A program made the translations under genes and the position numbers. A DNA stretch of 64,000 nucleotides. It comes from Octopus vulgaris (Eukaryota). The notes under the pieces are model-generated. The model worked only from the letters and a program-made list of their open reading frames with translations. It made no database searches and was not told the origin of the DNA. The stretch is taken from contig OX597815.1 in assembly GCA_951406725.2 (NCBI GenBank), forward strand, positions 40,982,001 through 41,046,000. The letters are read 5' to 3'. Below, one piece after another: positions 49,693-62,711 of the stretch. Every line of letters begins with the position of its first letter. Position 1 is the first letter of the stretch.

Positions 49693-52385
49693 TGTAGTAA
49701 TTGTAGTGAATCAGAAAATACGGATTGAATTTCATAAGCAACCAAATGGAAAACTATAAAAGTAAAAGATATATAATATAAATAAAAATTTAAGAACCTT
49801 AAAGCATTAAAACACTTATGGTTGATTATTTTATACATTTTATGTTTAGCCATTTTGATTAGTTTAATATCTATTACACTGAAACTTGTGCTAGACAGGA
49901 TCAAATGCTTTGCTGATGTCAAGCACAACATTATTTTCATTGAATTCCTTAGGGCAAAGAGACTACTGATAAGTAACATAGGAGAACAAGTCCACATTAA
50001 ACCTACTTCTATGAAAAACATACAAATTGTCACTGAAAAAGGAGAGGGCTAGAGGTGATTTTTCATTATAGTCTTCATCAATCTTTGTGATCTCTAGGTA
50101 AGAAACTGTCTCTATAAAAAATATCTTCTGAAGAAAAATTGGCTAGCAGTACCTAAGAATAACAACAAATCACTACCTTAATGAAAGTACACAAGACAAA
50201 TTGTAGGAATGAGTAGTTTGTAAAATCAGAGGAATTTTGAAGTAATCACAACAGCATAAACTCCAATTCAGGTGTTTTGTAAATTGAAGACATGGTTGGC
50301 ATACACATGCTTTCTCAACACCTGCACTAATTCTATGAATAGAGACATGAAACAAATCCTCCAATGGAGTCATGTCAATCGTTTTCAACAGCAAAAAGTA
50401 AGCACAATTAATTTCAAGAGCACAACATCATGCCTTACTTTCCTTAAGCATGAGAAGCACACAGCTGGAGACCTTACACTCATTCCAAATGTCAGACCTA
50501 ACTATCACTGAAGATCTCATGGTAAACACACATCCTTAATAAAGCTAGGTCTGCATCTTAAAGACTGGTCCTTTATTTTAATACCAGAAAATATATCAAA
50601 CCTTAACAATTACTGACCCTCTAAGAAGTTCAAAGGAGACCCACAACAATGAAAACAAACCCCCAAAACATGCAAGTGATTTCATAGTCAACACATCAAA
50701 TGTGCAAAAAGCAGTAAGCAAATAGATGCTGATTACAAAGAATCCCCCCTAACAATGATATCCCATATAAAGTATACGTGTCTCGCTAAGTAGCAAGTAA
50801 TGAGTATTGGGTTTCTTTTTAGTTTCCTTGGACAACCCACTGACTTCAGAATTGAGGGGATATTTACTCAGGTTATGGCATGTTTAATAATTAGGTTTAT
50901 ATCATTTTGGTGAGCAAAGTGACCGTCATTCAGTCAGCATGATAGTCCTTCTGGAATTGAGGAGAAGGATTGTCATACTGAAAACTCATTTCTCACATAC
51001 ATCAACTCTGACTGAGAGCAATGGAAATGTAGAGCTCATCTGGGCTAAATAAGCCCCAGTAAAGTGTGAGCTCACCCTCTAGAAAATTTGGCACTTGTAA
51101 TAAATAAGTAGCATCTTGAATATTGATGTAAGTGATCAAAAAGAGTAGAGGCTAAAATGTGTTTTGACTGTAAATTGTGAAAGACTCAGCAATCAATTTA
51201 CTCAACTCTGAAACCAACAATCTAAGACTCCTCAATAGTTGTAGAATTTAATACATCACTGTTGGAGATGATTCTAGTTAGTAAGGAGAGAATGTTGTCT
51301 ATTAAAGAGGTCAAGCATGAACAGAAAGAAATGGGAGAAATAGAAGAAGCATTTACAGATCCTAGAGTTGTTTGTGTAAGGGGTTCTTTTCTGTTGCTGT
51401 CACAGATTTTTTAATTTTAAGATTAAGTGAAATGTTTCAAATTTGGTATATCGATGCAACTTTTTTTTTTTTACACTGAATCTGACTTTGGTACCTTTTC
51501 GGTTTGGCTCACACTTTTTAATTCTTTTAATTTTGTTCCATTTGATTTCAAATTTGGTGTACCCATGTTGTTTTGTATGCTAATTGTGGAAATGAAATTC
51601 ATTTTTGCCATAAATTAATTAATAAAAAGTTAATTGCTTATAAAGTCTGCAAATGTGGGGTAATTTTAGCATATTGGTGCCTGTTTCCATAGTAAGAAGC
51701 CAAGGTCTAGTCTGTTTTAGCCAATTGAAAGCTACAAACATATTGGTGCCTGCTTCCGCAGTAACAAGCCAATTAAGTCATGTGAAACAGTCGAAGTAAA
51801 TAATAATTGTAAAAGGAAAAAAATCCTCAACGAAATCTTTTTGCGTAAAATGAAAAAAAACCCCAAACTATACGTTAGGGTTTAGGGTTGCACAACATAA
51901 AATCTATGAAACTATGTTGAATGATAACCTGCAATGTACGTTACTCTTCTTATCTCAACGTCATGTACGAGGAAGTTACAGCAGCTGAATTTGACAGTAA
52001 TCAAACTTTCAGTTTTAATCGCTACATTTGAACCTCTGTCGACAAGAAATCATAATATGCGTAAAAATAGGATTTATTTGATATTCAATTTGTTTTTAAA
52101 TTATTAAACTGAAATACAATAATTGTACATGTATTGAAAAATCACCCATATTAATTATACATGATCCTAACGTGAAAGGCATTCGACACACACATATCAG
52201 GACCATGAAACTCATTGAAGAGATAACAGTGGACAGGCAAATATGTGGTTTTCGAGAAGACGCGCCCAACGAAACTTAATTCTGGTAGAGCTGTGTGTGT
52301 ATAGCAGGGCCCTTCACCCAATTTTCTTCTAAGAGAAACACTTTTCTCCCCCCTACCCCCCCCCCCCATATATAAAAAAACAAAC

Positions 52386-52478
52386 AAACACTTTCTTGAA
52401 ATGTATCCGGTACTTATACCGAAGTTACGCCCAGCGTAACTTCGGTATAAGTACCGGATACATTTCAAGAAAGTGTTT
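52386..52478. repeat. Perfect 45-bp-arm palindrome (head-to-head MITE ends)
   Basis: aaacactttcttgaaatgtatccggtacttataccgaagttacgc-cca-gcgtaacttcggtataagtaccggatacatttcaagaaagtgttt. Confidence 0.92.
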
Positions 52479-53759
52479 TTTTTATATATGGGGTGGGGTG
52501 GGGTAAGGGTTTGTGTTCGGGTGGGAGAGAAGGGTTTCTCTTATCTTCAGAAATGTAAACAAAATCACGCATGTACCTATACCGAAGGTTCGCCACATTC
52601 TCCTCCATGCCCTGGGCCCTTGTGGCCAATCGAAGAAATAATAATAATGGTTTCATATTTTGTCACAAGGACAGCAATTTTTGGGGAGGGGATTACATCG
52701 ACCCCAGTGTTACATTGGTACTTAATTTATCGACCCCGAAAGGATTAAAGGCAAAGTCGACCACGGTGGAATTTGAACTCAGAACGTAAAGACGGTATGC
52801 TAACGATTCTGCCAGCTCGCCCGCCTTAATAATGATGGCTTCAAATTTTGGAAGGTTAAGGTGCCCCAGAGCCAAGATATCGTGAGTGTTGTAACTAGTT
52901 CAATCTAAAACGCTGTTGACTAGGGTAAAAAAAAAAAGTTAAAGCTTTGAAGAATGAAAATCAGGAGAGAGGCAATAAAGTGTAGTTGTGCTATTTCCTC
53001 ATGACTAAGAAAAGTGAATCTTTTTCTAATGAAATTTTCAGCAAATACCTTGTAGATTGCCATTATATAGGAATTTAATGTAAAACAAAAAAAAAAGGCT
53101 GTACATGGCCACCAAATATTTTTTTCACATTAAATTACGATATAATCGTAATTTACATCAAAGTGCGAGCAAAAACAGAAAGGATCCAGATTTTGTTATA
53201 CATTCGTTCCAGGAAAATTTTTTAGAAAAATGTTATAGAGGTATTTGTAGAAAATTTCATCAGAAAATATCAATTTTTCTGAAAGTTATGAGGAAAGATA
53301 ATCTGTGGGACACATTTGTGTAAGTATGCCGTGGAAACAAAGTTGACAAGTATGAATTATCCGAAGTTTTTCAAAACAAATTCCGATATAATCGAAGTTT
53401 ACACCGTCTGAAACGTATATGTAAAAGATTTTTATAAAAAAATATTAATTTTTCTGCAAGTTTTTTTTTTCTGGTAACAAAGTTGGATGGCGGGGTACAC
53501 TTGTGTAAATATACCTATTTCTTTACTACCCACAAGGGGCGAAACACAGAGCGGACAAACAAGGACAGACATAGGTATTAAGTCGATTACATCGACCCCA
53601 GTGCGTAACTGGTACTTAATTTATCGACCCCGAAAGGATGAAAGGCAAAGTCGACCTCGGCGGAATTTGAACTCCGTGTAAATATACCGACGAAGAGCTG
53701 GTCATTATTAAGAACGCATTCACAGAAATATGCGTATTTTCGTATATCCACAAATTGAA

Positions 53760-54365
53760 CAGGAGTGGCTACCAACCACATAGTTCCAGGTTCAATCCCA
53801 CTGCGAGGTGCCTTGGGCAAGTGTATCTACTATAGCCTCGGGCCGACCAAAGCCTTGTGAGTGGATTTAGTAAACGGGTACTACTTGAGAATAGTGGTCC
53901 CAGTGCGCGCACTCGCGCATCCGAGCTAGCTAGTCGTGACTAGTCGATCCTAGAACGACTACCTAGCAAAGTAAATAAAACACAAAATAAATAAATTTTT
54001 ACAAAGTAAATAATTTTTGTAGAACAAAGTAAATAAAGCACAAAGTAAATAAGTTTTTAAACAAATTAAATAACACAAAGGATCGACTTTGCACGAGTAC
54101 GCGAGTGCGCGCACCGGGACCACTGTTCTCAAGTAGTACCTAGTAAACGGAAACTGAAGGAAGCCCATCGTATCTATATGTGTATGTGTGACTGTGTTTG
54201 TTCCCCCACCATCGCTTGACAACCGATGCTAGTGTGTCCCCGTAACTTAGCGGTTCGGCAAAAGAGACCGATAGAATAAGTACTAAGCTTACAAAGAATA
54301 AGTCCTGGGGTCGATTTGTTCGACTAAAGGCGGTGCTCCAGCATGCCCGTAGTCAAATGGCTGAA
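53760..54365 (+). mobile_element. SINE family A interrupted by a MITE
   Basis: SINE body resumes exactly after the insertion at 54141. Confidence 0.85.
53877..54140. mobile_element. GGTAC-ended MITE with about 41-bp TIRs, 9-bp TSD TAGTAAACG and internal acaaagtaaataa repeats (Merlin-like)
   Basis: tagtaaacg-GGTACTACTTGAGAA...TTCTCAAGTAGTACC-tagtaaacg. Confidence 0.9.
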
Positions 54366-54553
54366 TTTTTTGTTTTGTTTCTGACGCTGAATTTCAGAGC
54401 AAAGAAATCGGTATCAATTATTGTCATAAACTTGTAAGCAATATTTTGAAAGTACAAAACAACACAAAAATCGCGAAGGCTAATCAAGACATACAACTTC
54501 GGTTTTTTTCTGAAAAGGAAAAAGAAAAAAAAAAACTTCAATTTCAATTTTAC

Positions 54554-54649
54554 CTACCTCTCTGTTTGAATATGAAATGATAGAAAGAAACAATTTTATT
54601 TTTTCACTAGCATTTATACAGTTACTTTCATTTGTAACTGGAATTCCCC
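54554..54649 (-). promoter_or_regulatory. Candidate IAP promoter / first non-coding exon: kappaB site GGGGAATTCC (54640-54649), TATAAA (54613-54618), donor AG|GTAGGT at about 54558
   Basis: Motif order and spacing on the minus strand, about 4.9 kb upstream of the ATG. No transcript data. Confidence 0.3.
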
Positions 54650-54971
54650 TCCGCTTTAAATAGTGTTGATTACAGAAATGCAGCAAAAGTAGGCCGATCT
54701 CCTGGACAAAAGTTTCATTATCTACAAAAGCCAAGGTTTTATTTTTCGGGTTTTTTCCCTCCCACCTTTTACTTGTGGTCATGCTGGGTCACCACCTCGA
54801 GGAATTTTTAGTCGCAGAAAAATCAGCATTTAAAAATTTAATTTTAAAGTCTTGTTTTCTTCTCTCAGCACTTACATATTAATTACAATGAGCTGACCTT
54901 CTGAACTTTATCCGGCCGTTGAAGTTCTAACGAATTATGGCTCCGAAGGCTAGTCATTCAAATGTACTTTC

Positions 54972-55062
54972 GGCGGAGGTAAAGAATACGTACACCACCC
55001 GTTTCCGGCGAACCAAAAACCCTAACCCAAAACGTTGGGTGTACGTATTCTTTACTTTCGCC
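54972..55062. mobile_element. 91-bp GG-ended mini-MITE with 25-bp TIRs and an internal CCCTAACCC
   Basis: ggcggaggtaaagaatacgtacacc / ggtgtacgtattctttactttcgcc; TSD not convincing. Confidence 0.65.
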
Positions 55063-55245
55063 CGCACTTATCATTTTTATGTTTCTACACATTTCTTGAA
55101 GTAAATGCTTTCCTTTTTGTTAGAATTCAGACAATATGTACGTTGAATAGTAAAGATTCTTGTGTTATGTTATTCTATTCTACTATTATTTTCGATTGAA
55201 TATATTTTGTTTACTTAAAAACTGATATTTTAGAAAATAAAAGTT

Positions 55246-55398
55246 AGATCTTTTCCTTTTGAACGGCAGTTTTCAACACAATCTCTAGTTAACTAAACAC
55301 TTTTAAACTTCGGACACATTCTACCAGTATACGAAGTTTAAAAGTGTTTAGTTAACTAGAAATTGTGTTGAAAACTGCCGTTCAAAAGGAAAAGATCC
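55246..55398. mobile_element. Palindromic GGATC-family MITE, 8-bp TSD TAAAAGTT
   Basis: About 67-bp near-perfect arms flanked by taaaagtt on both sides. Confidence 0.9.
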
Positions 55399-55824
55399 TA
55401 AAAGTTTTTTTTTTACAACCGCGATTTCCGTTTTTGTTTACGTGAAATTATAGAATTTTTGTTAAAGATTTGGCTGTTATTTCTAGCATGTTGAGAGACC
55501 TAGGCTTAACTTCATGTGCTGGTTGACAGTCACCTAAAAATGATTCTGGAGTCGATACATTCGGCTAAAAATTCCTCATGGTGGTGCCCCAGCATGGCTA
55601 CAGTCTAATGACTGCAACAAATAAAAAGAAAAATAACCGAAAAATATAACCGTGGGACTTTTGTCTGGATCCCGTATGCAAGTGTGGGACAAAAGCCTCC
55701 TAAGATCTAGTTGTTTTTGTCTGGATCCCGTGTGCATCACCTGCTTTGTTTACTTCTGTTCTTATTGTAACTGATGTCCATGAAAATTCTTTTTTTTTTT
55801 TTATCACAGCAACTAGTTGCACAC

Positions 55825-56060
55825 CACAAGGTTTAACGGAACCTACTGAAGCAAGCCAGCACGCTCGCAGCATTACCATGGGTGATGGTGAAGCTAAGAC
55901 GTTCGGAAAGACAATCGTCCTCACCAGCCTCGCCTGTTACCTCGGAGAGGCGAGCTGCTAATGTTGACAAGAACTTTGCGGTTTGTGGCCCAGTCTCTCT
56001 GAACATCTCAAACACCATAGGTTGGAAAATATAGTTCCCTGTCAGGTCCTGATACTTCAG
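55825..56060 (-). mobile_element. CRE-like (RLE-type) LINE C-terminal fragment
   Basis: FLSTLAARLSEVTGEAGE...LSERLSFTITHGNAASVLAC matches the QRLSxxIQRGNAAxVL pattern. Confidence 0.7.
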
Positions 56061-56364
56061 GGTTTTCTTCCGTTCGGCTATGGAAGCAGTGACTTTACCA
56101 TTAACTGCAGCATCCAGGATGTGGGAGAGAGCAAAGGAGTTGGAGACTGTAGCGTCCTACTTCTAACCCAGGGACAGAGAGTAAGACCATCTGGTCTCTT
56201 TCCATCACTTCTGGATAACCCTGACTGCTTCAGAACTGAGGGGATATTAACTCCTCATAACTTCCAGAAAAATGGATATTTTTTAATGAAATTTTTTATA
56301 AATACGTGTTAGATGATTATATTGGAATTTGTCATGAAAAATAATGCTTTTCTGTGGGTGAGGC

Positions 56365-57190
56365 GATCATCATCATTATCATCGTTTAACGCCCGCTTTC
56401 CATGCTAGCATGGGTTGGACGATTTTGATTGAGGGCTGGCAAACCAGATGGCTGCACCAGGCCCCAATCTTGATCTGGCAGAGTTTCTACAGCTGGATGC
56501 CCTTCCTAACGCCAACCACTCCGAGAGTGTAGTGGGTGCTTTTTATGTGCCACCGGCATGGGGGCTAATCAGGCAGTACTGGCAATGACCTCACTCAAAT
56601 CTTTTTACACATGCTACTGGCACTGGTGCCAGTACGGCGACGTTGGTAACGATCACGCTCGAATGGTGCCCTTTTACGTGCCACCGGCACAGAAGCCTGT
56701 TTGCTGCTCTGGCAACGATCACGCTCAGATAGTGCTCTTGGCACCCTACTAGCACGGGCACAAGTGCCAGTAAGGCAACGCTGGTAATGATCACACTCGA
56801 ATGGTGTCCTTTTATATGTCACTGGCACGGACGCCGGTTAGCCACTCTTTCAACGATCACACTCGTATGGTGCTCTTTGCACCCTGCTAGCACAGATGCC
56901 AGTCATCGAATTTGATTTTGATTTTAATTTCAATTGCCTCAACAGGTCTTCACAAGCAGAGTTTAGTGACCAAAGAAGGAAAAGGTACACATAAGTGGGC
57001 TGGTTATGCTCCTGGCATAGGCCACAGGTTATGGTCTCATTTGGCTTGCCGGGTCTTCTCAAGCACAACATATTTCCAAAAGTCTCGGTCACTAGTCATT
57101 TCCTTGGTGAGGCCTAATGTTTGAAGGTCGTGCTTCACCACTTCATCCCGGTCTTCCTGGGTCTACCTCTTCCACAGGTTCCCTCAACCA
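56365..57190 (-). mobile_element. RTE LINE 3' end with tandem-repeat 3' UTR and (GAT)n tail
   Basis: GTCGRGRPRKT.DEVVKHDL...DRDFWKYVV, then repeated ggcaacgatcacgctc...ttttacgtgccaccggcac units and the ccatgctagcatgg...gatgat end. Related tails at about 15545, 25920, 31425, 41030 and 62280. Confidence 0.75.
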
Positions 57191-59819
57191 CTAGGTTGTG
57201 AAAATGAAAAACAATACAGCAACTGCTGTTTACACCAGATTATCTCCAATTAAGCAGATTGTAGGGACCTTGCTTCGCCCTGCCTGAGATTGGAAACCAA
57301 ATCTACCCACTTGTTACTTGTCAAATCAAGCGGGAAATCCTCTCCGCACCAGATGATTGATAGAGAAACACTTGATCCCCAAGGACCTGTGCTGGTCAAG
57401 GAAAGGTCAATCCTTTGTTTAGGGTTTGACCTACATTACTGACCATAGTCTATATAGCAGAGAACAGTTCCTATCTCTTTTTCTTTTGTGTCAGCTATGA
57501 TCAAGGAGCAACACTCTTTTTTGTGTCAGCACACCAAGGAGCAACATGCCCTTCTGCGTCAGCCATGACCAAGAGCAGCACTTTCCTTTCGGTCATAAGA
57601 AAGACGATGCCACCTTTATCCGTTCTTCCTTTCTAGTCAGCACCATGCATTCCTTGCTCTTTCACTCTCTACTGAGAGACAACCTTTTTCTACACTATTA
57701 ACTACTAACCAGCGAGCCAACCTTGTTATCACTATCACTAGAATTGCTGCTGTATCTAATCAAAAGAGTTTCAGTCGTGACCATCCCATATTTTTTCAGA
57801 TAAAGTAAATTAGGATCATATCATCCCATGTTTTTTTGTTTCTCTTCTTAAAGATGAAAAGAGGCAATATAAGTGATTGGCTGCTATTATTGACTAGTAA
57901 GTCAAGCGACTATGTCAAAGCTCCAATTGTTGGTTCAAACCTTCTCATTGGGATGAAGATCCAGACCAATCCTGCTCAAACAGACATGTAGCACCAGTTC
58001 CACAGGTCTGTTCACCAAACGACTAGACCCTACCTACAGATCTACTGTTTTCCAGTTATTCTATCTGTCCATCCAGCTGAAAACCATACACCATATTGCA
58101 ATATGTGGTAATGAATCGTTGCAGTGCAGTGTGACAGTTATGGACATGATGCACTCCCTCCGCTCTGGTATATTGCTGTATACCTGCAGATTCTAGAGGT
58201 GGCTACAACGTAGAGCAGGTTAGATGATTCTGTTGAGAGCGTGACAGTCCATTGCAGGCAGGGAATTTGTTGAATCGTGAAAGTGTCAAACAGAATGCTT
58301 TGTGGTGCTTCATGCCAGCTCTCTGCTCTCTGAGTTCAAATTGCACCGAGGGCAGCATTGCCTTTTATTCTTTTAGAGTTGATAAATAAAATATTAGTCC
58401 ACTACAGAGATAAACTCTGTTCCCCACCTCTCTCTGGATTCTATCTAATTCAAACCTTGTTACATTGCCTGGCAATTGAGTTTAGGATACAAGTCTGTTT
58501 TGTGGTTAGTGAAGCTGTTGGTGTTGCTCCTATTTGTCCCTTGCCCCTTTCTTTTACAGTGTTGGCATGTTCTTTACAGAGCTGACTGGGGAGAGAAATA
58601 ATATTGTTTAGCCAATGTCATCCCTTTTTGATTACACCCAAGATTAAACAGATACCAGCCATAGCCATGTAGTCTCTTTAAGTTTTGTACATCTACATTA
58701 ATTAATGTGAGCTTTAATGTAATTTGAGTGAGACTTGACTGCTATTTCTAGCGACCATGTAGAAAGGATCCGTTATTGGCCCATAGGAAAGATCGTATTT
58801 TTAGGAGACTGTTGCAGTGTTTTGGGTTGTGGTGTATATAGATGATGTTTTTCTCACAGAGGTGATTTGTTGTCCAATGGCAGGGACTGTGAATATTGAA
58901 TTTAAAGTACTTGTTTGTAGTGTTTTTGGTTTGTTTTGTAGGTGAGTATAAGTTTGCCTAATTGAGGGCTCCATAACAGAGGATTGTACAACCTCTACAT
59001 TAAAAAAAGAAATCGAGCTATCGTCACTTTAAAATTAATTTTTATCAGAATCCGACCAAATGTCATAGGCCTTTCATGAAACTACAGGCTCATTAGGCAA
59101 CCAAGAATACAATACTTCCCAGTGAATGGGACGTCAATCTATTTTAGGGTTTAACCCCCAGCTGGTATTCGTTTTCAGCTAAATGGACTGGAGCAATATG
59201 AAAAGGGGTGTTTGGGATGTTGGACTTACGATACTTGAATGTGCCAAGTAATTTGATAAAAACTTAATAACTATTTTATGAGGGCAATTTATATGGGGTG
59301 ACTTTGCATTAAGGAGGGGAATGTACAATTTCCTGTAATTCAGACTTTCTTATGGTCCCAGCAAACAAAATGGAAAAGACGCCCGAGGGGACGATGAGAT
59401 AGTTAGTTACACTGGAATAGCCACTCTAACTCACAGGGCTTGTACTTGTGGATGGCCATATCTGTCCCAATAGTGGTGAACAGGATTATGGTCCAGAGGC
59501 CGAGAATGTTGGAGGTTTCCACTGCTACAAGCTTGACCATAAACCTGTCAGAGAATGACTGATGCCATGACAGTTTGCTTTTCTCACCCTGATGAGCAGT
59601 AGGGTTTGAGCTGGTAGCTGAACACACCAAGTTGGTGCTGGAGGAGGTGTCACAGTATGTGACACCCCAGATGAGGAGCCTACTGCTACAGAAGGAGAAA
59701 ATTGTTACACTGTCAAGCCTTTTACTATCCCCTCAGTCTAGCCCTGTTGGCTTGAGGTGGAAAGTGGTTGACGCTATGATTGCATGACAGTATCCAAAAG
59801 TATCCACAGGCAAAGTATC

Positions 59820-60196
59820 CACTAACCCTAACCCTAAAATCTTAACCCTAACACTCTAACCCTAAAACCCTAACCCAAAAACCTTAAAACTAAAACCAGT
59901 ACAAACACACGAACGATGTCGTAAATAACACTGACAAACGAAATATACACCACTGATAGTTGTTGTTGACAAACAATAGCTGTAATTTTATTCAGCTGAA
60001 TACACATCATTGATTGGTTGAAATTACCGAAATACTACAACTTTAACGTGAAATAACTTCCTAAATATAAGCTTTTCTCAAAAACGCTAAGAGTAAAAGA
60101 CGTTCTATATGACACATTCTACCAGTGTCTGAAGTTTGAAAGTGTTTAGTTACAAAAAATTATTTTTTAAATCTGTCAGTGAAAAGGTAAAAATCC
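59820..60196. mobile_element. Half copy (TAACCC centre plus right arm) of the 21088-21831 foldback MITE
   Basis: Collinear with 21470-21831; ends ggtaaaaatcc. Confidence 0.8.
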
Positions 60197-62711
60197 AGAA
60201 ATTCCTTACATGTTTATCTAATATATAAACCTTTATAATTCCTGTCAGCAAATGAAAGATGTATAATGGTGAATAAATAATATCAAAAACATTTTCCAAT
60301 ATTTGGGATACTTGAGTCTATTGAAGAAATCCATTATGTAGGTATTAAAATCCATGAGATCCTGATATCAACTGCAAGCTTCTACAAAATCAGTGATATT
60401 GACAGATTCTATTTTAGAAGGAAAGGAGGAAGTGACTTAAGATCATTGCAGATAGCTTTTGCATACCATATAATATCGCAGATAGGACCAACTAAACAAC
60501 AACAGAAATACATCAACTAAGAGATTGAAATTGAATTAAATAACATCCTGAACGTTTTTTGAAGGTTCATCCTTCAAGAAATACTCACTTCCTGATGACT
60601 TCCTATGTGAACCCGTAAGTGCAGGACTATCATTATCTTAGCAAAGACTTGGATGGGGAAACACTCTTTATACCTGAAGTCTGTTCATGGGTATGGCTAA
60701 CATCAACCACTTTGCAGAATGTAGTGGGTGCCTTTTCATGGCACCAGTACAAGTGAGGTCATCAAGTAACTCACAAGACAAAACCCCTCAAATGAGTGGG
60801 GTATAGTATTGAAGGAGGTGAATGTCAGAGAGAGCTACACGTGTCTAGCTGAAGAGGAGATGCATGGCTTTCCCAGCTAGATGGAATTCTTTCAAAGTGC
60901 AAGGTGAATATGAGAAAGAAATAAGGATAGAGGTACAGAAAGGGTAAATGAACAGGTAAATTTGTGAGAGTATGAAAAGAGTGTGACCGATAGCTAGAGA
61001 AGAGGATTGAGGTGGTAAATATACATTGAGGCTATATATTTACTTAAAATATCCTATGCTATTAACTGACAGTATTTTTTTCTTTGTTTCATATTGCTAT
61101 AGCTCAGTTTTATGATATCTAGACACTGGTTCAATATTTCTAAAATTGTTAGTTTGGAGTTTTTGCTGTTTCCATCAAAATTGCTACATAGCTCAAGCAA
61201 AGGTCAAATAATCTTTTGAGCTTGATCAAACTTATTTAAATAGATGCTGCACATATTTCTCAGTTGAATGGTTTACAGACATTCAGTTGTAAAACATTCA
61301 ACTATACACATGTATATAACAACTATATGCATGTAACTGAATTTGTAAAATATCCCAAACTACACAAATTTAGCAATGGATAACTTAAACTCAAACTACT
61401 GATTTCAAACTTTACCACAAAGACAGAAATTTTGAGGAAGTGGGTAAGTTGATTACAATGAGCCCAGTGCTCAACTAGTACTTATTTCATTGACCCCATA
61501 AGGATGAAAGGCAAAGTTGACCTTGACAGAATTTGAACTTAAAACATAAAGACACAAAATGTCTGGCATGTTAAAGATTAACCAGCTCCCGCCTTCAACT
61601 TAAGCTAATAATATTAATCTGTATCCATGTACAAATGCCCTGTTGAAAGTAGGAAACAGATATAATGGTGTAACTGTAGAGGAGATATTTGGCTACCCCT
61701 GTAGGAAAATAAAGGAGAGGAAGGAGAGATAAGTTTAGAGAGAAAGATAGAGAGACAGTCAGAGAGAGAGAGAGAGAAAGAGAGATAAATGGTATCGGTG
61801 ATGCATCAGGAGCTTACCTTCAGGTAATAGTAGTGTTGGCAGGAGGGAGTATAAGTGGTACAGAGGTGATAAAGTGGGGTGTTCCATAAGAGTGTGAAGG
61901 GATATGTTTAGAGATGGGGAAGAGGTGACTGTAGCAAGTGATGGTGAGAGAAATTGGAGTGGCTGATAGGGTGGGAAGGTTTTTTGTTGTTTGGGGGCAT
62001 AGAGAGTGTGCAGATAGGCATGTGAGGGAGTGAGAGGGAGCTTGCAGTGGGCAGTGACCATGGGTGGTGGGATGGGTGAGTGTTGGGTTGCAGGGAAAGT
62101 TTTGGCAGAGGACAGATTGTGTGTGTGTGTGTGTGTGTGTGTGCATGCATGTATGTGTGTGTGTGTGTAAAAAAGAAGAGAGGGGGCATGGCCTGTTTCG
62201 ATTTTACTTAGCTTTACACATCTTATCAAGAACAGCAAATTGTCAGAAGTCTTGATCTCTGTGATGCTCAACATCCAAAGATTGTTTTTCATTGCTTTGT
62301 CCCATGTCTTCCTGGGTCTGCCTCTTCTACAGGTTCCCTTTACAGTTAGAGATCAGTACTTTCTTATGCTGCTTTTCTCATCTGTACATATCACATGACT
62401 ATACCAGTGAAGTCTTCTCTCTTGCGCACTATATACTCTAACCTCTCATTTGGCATGAAGCCACTTCCTGCACTTCCACTCTTTCCCTGTTGAGAGGCCC
62501 TCATGTTGCAAGTTACTTGGCGACTCTGTTGGTGTCAGTGTCACATAAAATTTACCCAGTACACTCTGTAAAGTGGTTGGCATTAGGAAGGATATCCTGT
62601 TGTCTTGCCATAAAAACCATACCAAAGCAGGCAATGAAACCGGATGCAGCTTCTGGCCTTATCAGCTTCTGTCAAACTGTCAACTATGCTAGCATGGAAG
62701 ATGAACATTAA

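Noticed and set aside
49638-50033. 131-aa ORF overlapping the IAP start
   Set aside because: Different frame from the IAP, crosses a probable intron acceptor, and has no recognisable domain.
53975-54080. Regularly spaced short repeats resembling a CRISPR array (also 56530-56900)
   Set aside because: Eukaryotic context, no unique spacers and no cas genes; these are minisatellites inside mobile elements.
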